Of a stretch of 18,671 nt of DNA, positions 1 to 7,127 are shown piece by piece. Position 1 is the first letter of the stretch. Each line of letters begins with the position of its first letter. The translations under genes were made by a program, and so were the position numbers. The notes below the pieces were generated by a model, which had not been told where the DNA came from, did not search any database, and was given only the letters and a program-made list of their open reading frames with translations. The stretch lies in assembly GCA_046484865.1 (NCBI GenBank), contig JAWOID010000011.1:1-18671 (forward strand), given 5' to 3'. The stretch is from Candidatus Krumholzibacteriia bacterium (GTDB lineage Bacteria; Krumholzibacteriota; Krumholzibacteriia; LZORAL124-64-63).

Positions 1-186
1 AGGGAAGACAATGAGGTGATTATCGAATCTTTCCTGGACGGCACCGAAGTTTCGGTTGGAGTGATCACCTGGAAAGGCAAAGTTCGAGCCCTACCGGTTA
101 CCGAGATCATTTCTGAAAATGAATTCTTCGACTACGAAGCCAAATACCTGGGGAAATCACAGGAAATCACCCCGGCAAACATTTCA
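1..186 (+). CDS. ddl: D-alanine--D-alanine ligase, internal ATP-grasp fragment (partial at both ends; foreign to the rest of the window)
   Basis: Frame 1 reads REDNEVIIESFLDGTEVSVGV...LPVTEIISENEFFDYEAKYLGKSQEITPANIS. FFDYEAKY is the Ddl motif and the style is Bacteroidota-like. Hand count 86/180 GC over 1-180. Similarity stops at ~186 and the frame closes at 228 without the Ddl C-terminal motifs. Confidence 0.85.
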
Positions 187-413
187 GGCGCCGCCGAAGT
201 CGACGCCCCGCCGTTAAAATGGAGATGAATCATCCAGATTAGCGTTCAACCGATTCGCGGGCGACCGCGAGGGGCGCGATCTTGACGGAAACGGGACGGC
301 TCCTGCGGCGGCCGGCGGTGAACGCGTCCGTTCGAAACGCGGCGCTTGTTCTGCTGGCGAAGCCGGCCCCGAGCCGATGGCCCCGCTCCGGTGGCGAAGC
401 CGGCCCTGCTCCG

Positions 414-1553
414 ATGGTAAAGGTGGTCCTCTTGTCTTCGACTCATCCCCCTTCCGGCAGCGGTCATCACGACGTGCTCGGCGCGCAGGAGCACCCGGAC
501 CTGCGGCGCAGCCTCTGGCAACTCGCCAACAGCGTGGTGCCGTACGTCCTGCTCTGGGTCCTGATGGTCCACAGCCTGAGCGTCTCCTACGCCCTCACGC
601 TGGGCCTGGCGGTCCTCGCGTCGGGGTTTCTGGTGCGCATCTTCATCATCTTCCACGACTGCGGTCACGGGTCGTTCTTCCGGTCCAGGCGTGCCAACGA
701 CGTGGTGGGTTTCCTCACCGGTGCCCTCACCCTGACGCCGCACCGGCAATGGTGGCGCCAGCACCTGCGGCATCACGGCAGCGCCGGCGACCTGGACCGC
801 CGTGGCACCGGAGACGTGTGGACGATGACGGTGAAGGAGTACCGGGCGGCGTCGCGCTGGCGGCGGCTGGTGTACCGCACGGTGCGCCAGCCCTTCTTCA
901 TGCTGGCGGTCGGTCCATTCGTGATGTTCGCCATCCTCGCCCGGTTCCCCACGCGCGACTCGCGGCGGCCCGAAGTGCTGGGCATCATGGCCACCAACCT
1001 GGTCATCGCCGGCGCGATCGCCGCCCTCGTGGCGACCATCGGCTGGCGAGCCTATCTGATGATCCACCTGCCCATCGTGGCCTTGAGCGGCGCCGCGGGC
1101 ATCTGGCTGTTCTACGTGCAGCACCAGTTCGAGGGGGCGTACTGGAGCCGGCGCGCAGACTGGGACTACGTGTCCGCCGCGGTCGAAGGCAGCTCGTTCT
1201 ACCGGCTGCCGCGCCTCCTGCAGTGGTTCTCCGGCAACATCGGCTTCCATCACGTCCACCACCTGAACGCGCGCGTGCCGAACTACCGCCTGGAAGAGTG
1301 CCACCGCGGCGACCCGCAGCTGCGGAGCGTTCGCCCCGTGACGTTGCGCGCGAGCCTGGCGTCGCTGTCGCTGCGGCTCTGGGACGAGGAGGCCGGACGG
1401 ATGGTCGGCTTCGCCGCCGCACGGGCGTCGCGGGCGTCGCGGGCGCAGCGGGCGCAGCGGGCGCCGCGGGCGCCGCGGGCGCAGCGGGCGCGGCAGAGGC
1501 GGCAGGCGCAGGCGCAGGCACAGCGTGCGCAGGAGCAGCGGGCGGAGGAGTGA
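414..1553 (+). CDS. Membrane fatty acid/acyl-lipid desaturase (Bacillus Des-like)
   Basis: Three His boxes (HDCGH, HLRHH, HHVHH) plus YVQHQFE, GNIGFHHVHHL and VPNYRL; several hydrophobic helices. The ATG at 414 is chosen as start but is uncertain; the ORF-track start at 282 adds a non-conserved extension. Confidence 0.9.
   Translation: MVKVVLLSSTHPPSGSGHHDVLGAQEHPDLRRSLWQLANSVVPYVLLWVLMVHSLSVSYALTLGLAVLASGFLVRIFIIFHDCGHGSFFRSRRANDVVGFLTGALTLTPHRQWWRQHLRHHGSAGDLDRRGTGDVWTMTVKEYRAASRWRRLVYRTVRQPFFMLAVGPFVMFAILARFPTRDSRRPEVLGIMATNLVIAGAIAALVATIGWRAYLMIHLPIVALSGAAGIWLFYVQHQFEGAYWSRRADWDYVSAAVEGSSFYRLPRLLQWFSGNIGFHHVHHLNARVPNYRLEECHRGDPQLRSVRPVTLRASLASLSLRLWDEEAGRMVGFAAARASRASRAQRAQRAPRAPRAQRARQRRQAQAQAQRAQEQRAEE
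1422..1493 (+). repeat. 9-bp coding tandem repeat, 8 copies of CGGGCGNNG
   Basis: cgggcgtcg x2, cgggcgcag x2, cgggcgccg x2, cgggcgcag, cgggcgcgg. Encodes RAS-RAS-RAQ-RAQ-RAP-RAP-RAQ-RAR in the desaturase tail. Confidence 0.95.
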
Positions 1554-1554
1554 G

Positions 1555-2784
1555 GTGCAGAGCGGGAGGGTTCCCGGACGACGAGGGCGTGAACGGCGAC
1601 GCGCACCGCGTCGCCGCCGCCGGCTCGCGCGCCCGCTCCTGACGGTGGGCGGGGTATTGCTGGCGCTGGTGCTGATGCTCGTCGGCTGGGGGCTGGTGGA
1701 ACCGCTGACGCTGCGCCGGGAGGAGGAGACGGCGATCGTGCCCGGGCTGCCGTCGGCCTGGGAAGGTCGCCGGATCGCCGCCTTCGGCGACCTGCAGATC
1801 GGCATGTGGTGGGACAACGTGGGCACGGTGGAGCGCGCGGTGGATCTGGTCCTGGCCGAACGGCCGGCGGCCGCGCTGATCCTCGGCGACCTCGTCTATC
1901 ACATCGACCGGCCGGACGCCGGCGAGATCGCCACGGTGACCGGCATCCTGGGCCGGCTGCCCGGTGCCGGCATCCCCACCTTCGCCGTCCTGGGCAACCA
2001 TGATCACGGCATCTCGCGCGAGCAGGACGCGGAGATCGCCGGCGTGGCCAGCGCGCTGGCAGCCGCGCTCGAGGCCGTGGGCGTCCGGGTGCTGTCGAAC
2101 CAGGCCGTGCCGCTGGTGCTCGGGGGCGCCGGCGAGACGGCGGCCGGGCAGGGCGAGACGGCGGCCGGGCAGGGCGAGACGGTGGCCGGGCGGGGCGAGA
2201 CGGCGGCCGGGCAGGGCGAGACGGTGGCCGGGCGGGGCGAGACGGCGGCCGGGCAGGGCGAGACGGTGGCCGGGCAGGGCGAGACGGCGGCCGGGCGGCG
2301 AGACACCCTGTACGTGGTGGGCATCGGTTCGCACCTGGCCGGACGCGACAGCGTGGTCGCGGCGCTGCGGCACGTGCCGCCGGAGGCGGCGCGGGTGGTC
2401 TTCTTCCATCACCCGGCGGTGTTCCCGCTCCTGCCCGCCGGGGCGGCGCCGCTGGCGGTGGCGGGGCACACCCACGGCGGCCAGTTCTCGCTGCCGGGCC
2501 TGCCCGGCTGGAACGAGCTGTCGCTCGGCCGCGAGCGCGAGGTCCACGCGGCCGGCTGGGCAGACCGCTCGTACGGTGCGCCGGGCAACCGCCTGTGGGT
2601 GAACCGCGGCATCGGCATGAGCATCGTGCCCCTGCGCATCAACGCGCCGCCGGAGGTCACGTTCTTCACGCTGCAGGCTGATCCTCGCCGCCACCGGGAC
2701 GCAGCCGCTGCGGCAGCTGCAGGCGGCGGCGCAGGGAGCGCGCGGCATCGCCACGACCCAGGCGTTCGCCCAGGTACACGATGA
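1555..2784 (+). CDS. Metallophosphoesterase (YkuE/YaeI-like, calcineurin-like fold) with an N-terminal membrane anchor
   Basis: Motifs GDLQ, LGDLV, LGNHDH, HHP, GHTHGGQ, VNRGIG, PLRINAPPEV. The GTG at 1555 follows GGAGG and lies one base after the desaturase stop. N-terminal Arg cluster plus a hydrophobic helix. Confidence 0.9.
   Translation: MQSGRVPGRRGRERRRAPRRRRRLARPLLTVGGVLLALVLMLVGWGLVEPLTLRREEETAIVPGLPSAWEGRRIAAFGDLQIGMWWDNVGTVERAVDLVLAERPAAALILGDLVYHIDRPDAGEIATVTGILGRLPGAGIPTFAVLGNHDHGISREQDAEIAGVASALAAALEAVGVRVLSNQAVPLVLGGAGETAAGQGETAAGQGETVAGRGETAAGQGETVAGRGETAAGQGETVAGQGETAAGRRDTLYVVGIGSHLAGRDSVVAALRHVPPEAARVVFFHHPAVFPLLPAGAAPLAVAGHTHGGQFSLPGLPGWNELSLGREREVHAAGWADRSYGAPGNRLWVNRGIGMSIVPLRINAPPEVTFFTLQADPRRHRDAAAAAAAGGGAGSARHRHDPGVRPGTR
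2131..2298 (+). repeat. 21-bp coding tandem repeat, 8 copies (GGCGAGACGGYGGCCGGGCRG)
   Basis: Encodes GET(A/V)AG(Q/R) x8 between NQAVPLVLGGA and DTLYVVGIG. Confidence 0.97.
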
Positions 2785-3634
2785 TGCCGCCGAGAGCGGC
2801 GCCGCCCAGGACGTCCACGACGTAGTGGTAACGGCAGTAGACCGTGGACGCCGAGAGCAGCAGGAACAGGAGCGTGAACCACCAGCGATGCCGGGGGAAC
2901 CACTTCCAGACGTGGTACCAGGGCACCAGGGTGGCGGCCACGTGGCTCGAGGGGAAGGCCGCGCCCAGGATCGCGCCGGTCTCGTGGATGTGGCGCATGA
3001 TCGCGGTGAACGGTCCGCCGGTCACCGCGATGGGTCCGGTCTGGAAGTACTTGGGGCCCCACACGGGGAATAGGGTGTAGAGCGTGTAGCAGATGAGCAT
3101 CACGGCGGCCAGGTCGCGTATCAGCGACCGCAGGGCGACCCAGCGGTAGCCGTCAGGCACGCCCCGCGCCCGCAGGATCAGGTAGACCGCCGTGAAGCTG
3201 GCCAGGTAGTAGGAGAAGTACGCGAACTCCATCAACTCGTGGAACCACGGCCACGGCCAGGCCCGCGACCAGTCGAGGCTCGGCTGGCCACCGAAGAGCG
3301 CGGCCTCGATCCGGATGAGGGCGGGGTCCAGCGAGTTCTCGAACGGGAAGAAGATCAGGCCCAGGTACTCCATCTCGCCATAGAAGACGGGGAACAGGAA
3401 GGGCAGGTAGATCTCACCCGCCAGCCGGGGCCAGACCCCGCGCCGCTGCCGGAGCAGAGGGGGCAGGAACCACACCAGGAGCGCGATGCCCACGTGGACG
3501 AGCACATTGGTGTAGGGGTCAGGAAAGGTGTCCGGGCGCAGGATGGGATAGAAGGCCGACGCGCCCAGGTAGATGACGGCCCAGCGGTCGATGTCGCGGC
3601 GGTGCACGGAGAGGCGGGCGATCCGCCGCTTCAT
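2666..3634 (-). CDS. PAP2 superfamily polytopic membrane protein (PAP2_3 / Aur1-IPC-synthase-like)
   Basis: About 7 hydrophobic helices; motifs AYFSYY, LFPVWGP, AAFPSSH (2942-2956) and STVYCRYHYVVD (H-x3-D at 2813-2827). The ATG at 3634 overlaps the upstream stop (ATGA); alternative ATG at 3643. Confidence 0.85.
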   Translation of the reverse strand: MKRRIARLSVHRRDIDRWAVIYLGASAFYPILRPDTFPDPYTNVLVHVGIALLVWFLPPLLRQRRGVWPRLAGEIYLPFLFPVFYGEMEYLGLIFFPFENSLDPALIRIEAALFGGQPSLDWSRAWPWPWFHELMEFAYFSYYLASFTAVYLILRARGVPDGYRWVALRSLIRDLAAVMLICYTLYTLFPVWGPKYFQTGPIAVTGGPFTAIMRHIHETGAILGAAFPSSHVAATLVPWYHVWKWFPRHRWWFTLLFLLLSASTVYCRYHYVVDVLGGAALGGIIVYLGERLGRGDAARSLRRRLQLPQRLRPGGGEDQPAA

Positions 3635-4659
3635 GTCATCCATCGCGCACCCCGGTAGAAGTCCAGCGTGTCCTGCAGTCCGCCGGCCAGCTGGAAGCGT
3701 GGCCGGAACTCCGTCTCCCGCAGCAGTCGCTCGCCGCTGCACACCCACCCCGGCGCCGTGAGATCGGTCAGCCGGTCGGGGTTCAGCAGCGGCCAGCGCC
3801 GGGCGCGTTCGCCCAGCAGCGCGCTCGCCCAGCGCAGCGGCGCCACCGGCAGGGGCACCGTGCGGACGCGCCGGCGCAGGACCTGCGCCAGGGCCGCGGT
3901 CAGTTCCTGCGGGTCGTGGCCCCAGCGATGGCGGCGCTGCGCCGCAACGGGTCCGGTCGCGTCGTCGCCGCCGTCGTCCACGAAGTACACCCCTCGTGCG
4001 GTGGGCGTGGCCAGCAGCGTCACCGCGGCCTCGGCTGCATCCGCTCCGTGCACCAGCGAGAGTCCGCTCAGACTGCCGCCGGGCCGGGCGGTCCACCCCA
4101 GCGCCGCCGCCCGGAACAGGAGGAGGAACTCCCGGTCGCGCGGTCCGTAGAGCGCCGGCGGGCGCAGGACCGCCGTGCGGAACGGCCAGTCCACCTCGTT
4201 CACCAGCGCCTCGGCCGCCACCTTGCTGCGGCCGTAGGCGGAGATCGGGCGGCAGGGGGCGCTCTCGACCTGCGGCGCTGCCAGGGGCGCCGGCCCGGCG
4301 GCCGCGAGGCTCGAGATCAGCACCACCGCCTCGATCCCGTCCGTCTGGGCGGCCGCCGCGAGCAGCGCCCGCGTGGTGTCCACGTTCCCCCGCCGGTAGC
4401 CTTCCTCGTCGCGCGCGGCCACCACGCCCGCGCAGTGCACCAGCCAGCGCGCGCCGCGGAGCAGGCGCTGCGTGTCGGCCGCCGACGCCAGGTCGGCGAC
4501 GACCGTTTCCACCGGCTTGTCGCGCAGCCAGCGCAGATCGGAGGTGGGGCGTACCGACGCGCGCACCCGGGCGCCGCGCAACAGCAGGCGGTCGGCGATG
4601 TGGCTGCCGAGAAAACCGGTGGCGCCGGTGACCACCGCCAGGGGCGGCGGCGCGGTCAT
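3631..4659 (-). CDS. cerR: NAD-dependent epimerase/dehydratase (extended SDR), probable ceramide reductase (CerR-like)
   Basis: TGATGFLG Rossmann motif, HCAG, SSLAA, YGRSK, LRPPALYGPRD. ATGA overlap with the upstream gene. The SDR call is firm; the CerR role is inferred from position after spt and the cerS-like gene. Confidence 0.75.
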   Translation of the reverse strand: MTAPPPLAVVTGATGFLGSHIADRLLLRGARVRASVRPTSDLRWLRDKPVETVVADLASAADTQRLLRGARWLVHCAGVVAARDEEGYRRGNVDTTRALLAAAAQTDGIEAVVLISSLAAAGPAPLAAPQVESAPCRPISAYGRSKVAAEALVNEVDWPFRTAVLRPPALYGPRDREFLLLFRAAALGWTARPGGSLSGLSLVHGADAAEAAVTLLATPTARGVYFVDDGGDDATGPVAAQRRHRWGHDPQELTAALAQVLRRRVRTVPLPVAPLRWASALLGERARRWPLLNPDRLTDLTAPGWVCSGERLLRETEFRPRFQLAGGLQDTLDFYRGARWMT

Positions 4660-5813
4660 GACGCGGGCATCTCGTAGATGCGGTAGGTCTTCGTCTTCAC
4701 GCCGCCGTAGCTGCGCATGACGATGTTCATCGGGCGGTTGGTCTCGAGCACCCAGCTGCACTCGCCGCGGGCGATGCCCTTGGGGAAGGTCGCCTGCATG
4801 GTGCGGTAGACGAGAGCGGCGTCCACGCCCTTGTTGCGGTACTCCGGACGCACGCCCATGAGCAGCGTACGGGCCATCCGGATCCGGCGCTTCGCCAGCA
4901 GGAAGCGCAGCCAGCCGAAGGGGAACAGCTTGCCGCGCAGCGGCTTGAGAGCCTGGTTGAAGTCGGGCACGCTGAGGGCGAAGCCGATCGGCCGCCCCTC
5001 GTCGTTCTCGGCGATGAGCAGGAAGCTGGGATCGACCATCGACTTCATGTCCTTGGCCAGGTAGGCGAACTCCGCGTCGTCCAGCGGGATGAAGCCCCAG
5101 TTCCTGCTCCACGCCTCGTTGTAGATCTCGCGGACGATGCTGGCGTCTTCCCAGAAACGGTCCATCCGGAAGGGCCGGATGGTGAAGGTCGCCGTGGCCA
5201 TGATGCGGTCCATGAACCGCTGCAGCTTCTCGGGGACGGTGCCGCCCGTGTCCAGATCCCAGGCATACAGGTCCATCGCCTTGTACAGCCCGTAATCCTC
5301 GAGCAACGTCGCGTAGTAGGGCGGCTGGTAGGGCATGCCCACCACCGGATCCTTGTCGTAGCCGTCGACGAGCAGGCCCAGGTAGTCGTGGTTGGTGGTG
5401 AACGACGCGGGACCGCGCAGGATCTCCATGCCGTGTTCGGCAACCCACCCGCGGGCGGCGTCCAGCAGCGCGCATGCCGTCACCGGATCGTCCTCGCACT
5501 CGAAGAAGCCGAAGAAGCCCGTCTTCTCGCCGCTGTGCTCGTTGTGGTAGCGATCCACGCAGGCCCCGACGCGCCCCACCACGCGCGGGCGGCCCCCGCC
5601 CGATCGGCGGCGCGCCAGCCAGAGCCGGGTGTCGGCGTGGGCGAAGAACGGGTTGTGTCCCGGATCGAAGAACGCCTTCTGCTCCCTCAGCAGTGGAAAG
5701 ACGTAGTGCGGCTCGTCGGCGTAGAGACGGTACGGCAGGCGCAGGAAGTCGTCCAGGTCGCCCGCGCCCGCGACCGGTTCCACCTGCACGTCCATGCGCG
5801 GCCGTGTCGTCAT
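4656..5813 (-). CDS. cerS: GNAT-like acyltransferase, probable bacterial ceramide synthase (CerS-like)
   Basis: Family motifs FLRLPYRLY...NPFFAH...VGRV...GFFGFFECEDD...LRGP...GLLVDGY...MPYQPPYY...NEAWSRNWGFIP...PDFNQAL...MGVRPEYRNKG...SWVLETN...KTYRIY. Starts 13 bp after the spt stop; alternative ATG at 5795. Confidence 0.8.
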   Translation of the reverse strand: MTTRPRMDVQVEPVAGAGDLDDFLRLPYRLYADEPHYVFPLLREQKAFFDPGHNPFFAHADTRLWLARRRSGGGRPRVVGRVGACVDRYHNEHSGEKTGFFGFFECEDDPVTACALLDAARGWVAEHGMEILRGPASFTTNHDYLGLLVDGYDKDPVVGMPYQPPYYATLLEDYGLYKAMDLYAWDLDTGGTVPEKLQRFMDRIMATATFTIRPFRMDRFWEDASIVREIYNEAWSRNWGFIPLDDAEFAYLAKDMKSMVDPSFLLIAENDEGRPIGFALSVPDFNQALKPLRGKLFPFGWLRFLLAKRRIRMARTLLMGVRPEYRNKGVDAALVYRTMQATFPKGIARGECSWVLETNRPMNIVMRSYGGVKTKTYRIYEMPAS

Positions 5814-5826
5814 GGGATTCGGCGTC

Positions 5827-7008
5827 TCAGGAGATGACACCCAGCTCCTTGCCCACCTTGACCATCTTGTCCATCGCCTCATGGATCTGGTCCTCGGTGT
5901 GGGTGGCCATCAGGCTGAGGCGGATCAGCGCCTTGCCGGGGTCCACCGCCGGCGAGACGACGGGATTGACGAAGACGCCCTCCTCGAACAGGCGGCAGCA
6001 CATCTTGAATGCCAGCATGTCCTCGCCGATGACGGCGGGAACGACGGGCGTCTCGGACGGTCCGGTATCGAAGCCGGCGTCCTGGAGCCGCGTGAGCAGG
6101 ATCTCGGTGTTGCGCCACAGTGCCTCGTGGCGCCACTGTTCCTCGAGCATGACGTCGACGGCCGCCGAGACCGACGCCACCGAGGCGGGCGGCATGCTCG
6201 CCGAGAAGATCAGAGCCCGGGCCGAGTGCTTGATGTAGTTGATGGTCTGCGCGTCCGACGCCACGAAGCCGCCCACCGACGCCAGCGACTTGCTGAACGT
6301 GCCCATGATCAGGTGCACGCGATCGGTGAGACCGAAGTGGTCGACGGTGCCGCGGCCCTGCTCGCCCATGACGCCGATGCCGTGGGCGTCGTCCACCATC
6401 ACGCTGGCGCCGTACTGCTCGGCCAGCGCCACGATCTCGGGCAGACGGGCGATGTCGCCTTCCATCGAGAACACGCCGTCCACGACGATGAGCTTGCTGC
6501 TGCTCGCCTCGGACTTCAGGACGAACTCGAGGTTCTCCATGTCGTTGTGTCGGAACTTCCTCACCTGTCCGAAGGAGAGCCGGGTGCCGTCGATGATCGA
6601 GGCGTGATCGGTGCGGTCCACCACCACCACCTCGTTGCGTCCGACCAGCGTCGAGATCACGCCCTGGTTCACCATGAAGCCGGTGCTGAAGACCAGCGCC
6701 CCCTCCTTGCCCACCAGGCCCGCGAGCTTTTCCTCGAGTTCCACGTGGATGTCGAGCGTGCCGTTGAGGAAGCGCGAACCCGCGCAGCCGGTGCCGTACT
6801 TCTCGATGGCGCGGCAGGCCGCCTCCTTGACGCGGGGGTGATTGGTGAGGCCCAGGTAGTTGTTGCTGCCGAGCATGATCACTTCACGCCCGTTGTACTT
6901 CACCGTGCTCTCCTGGGCCGACTCGATGACCCGGAAGAAGGTATAGAGCCCGGCCTGCTGGACTTCCCGGGCAGCGGTGAAGTTGTAGACCTTGTCGAGC
7001 AGACCCAT
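5827..7008 (-). CDS. spt: Serine palmitoyltransferase (PLP-dependent alpha-oxoamine synthase family)
   Basis: GSNNYLGL, YGTGCAGSRFLNGTLDIH, DHASI, DGVFSMEGD, VDDAHG, GTFSKSL (PLP Lys), IFSAS, SLMATH. Closely resembles Bacteroides-type Spt rather than BioF or Kbl. GGAG RBS at 7013-7016. Confidence 0.88.
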   Translation of the reverse strand: MGLLDKVYNFTAAREVQQAGLYTFFRVIESAQESTVKYNGREVIMLGSNNYLGLTNHPRVKEAACRAIEKYGTGCAGSRFLNGTLDIHVELEEKLAGLVGKEGALVFSTGFMVNQGVISTLVGRNEVVVVDRTDHASIIDGTRLSFGQVRKFRHNDMENLEFVLKSEASSSKLIVVDGVFSMEGDIARLPEIVALAEQYGASVMVDDAHGIGVMGEQGRGTVDHFGLTDRVHLIMGTFSKSLASVGGFVASDAQTINYIKHSARALIFSASMPPASVASVSAAVDVMLEEQWRHEALWRNTEILLTRLQDAGFDTGPSETPVVPAVIGEDMLAFKMCCRLFEEGVFVNPVVSPAVDPGKALIRLSLMATHTEDQIHEAMDKMVKVGKELGVIS

Positions 7009-7075
7009 GCGTCTCCATCACTCGGTAGGGTGAGGGCGGCCGGAGCCGCCGGCCATCCCGTGGGTGGGCCACCCG

Positions 7076-7104
7076 AAAATAGCCGGGCGCTGGATATCCA
7101 ACAA
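7076..7104 (-). promoter_or_regulatory. Putative sigma70-type promoter for the spt operon
   Basis: Minus strand TTGTTG-N17-TATTTT in an AT-richer patch of the 119-bp intergenic region. Confidence 0.4.
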
Positions 7105-7127
7105 CCGAAATTCGCCCCGAGACGCCG

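Noticed and set aside
224..234. Palindrome GATGA-A-TCATC upstream of the desaturase as an operator
   Set aside because: The arms are only 5 bp, it lies close to a suspect junction, and there is no second copy or convincing promoter.
2131..2298. Possible CRISPR array
   Set aside because: The units are head-to-tail with no unique spacers, are in frame within a gene, and no cas genes are present.
5827..7008. BioF or Kbl instead of Spt
   Set aside because: GCAGSRFLNGT, GTFSKSL and IFSAS plus the adjacent cerS- and cerR-like genes favour Spt; there are no bio or tdh genes nearby.
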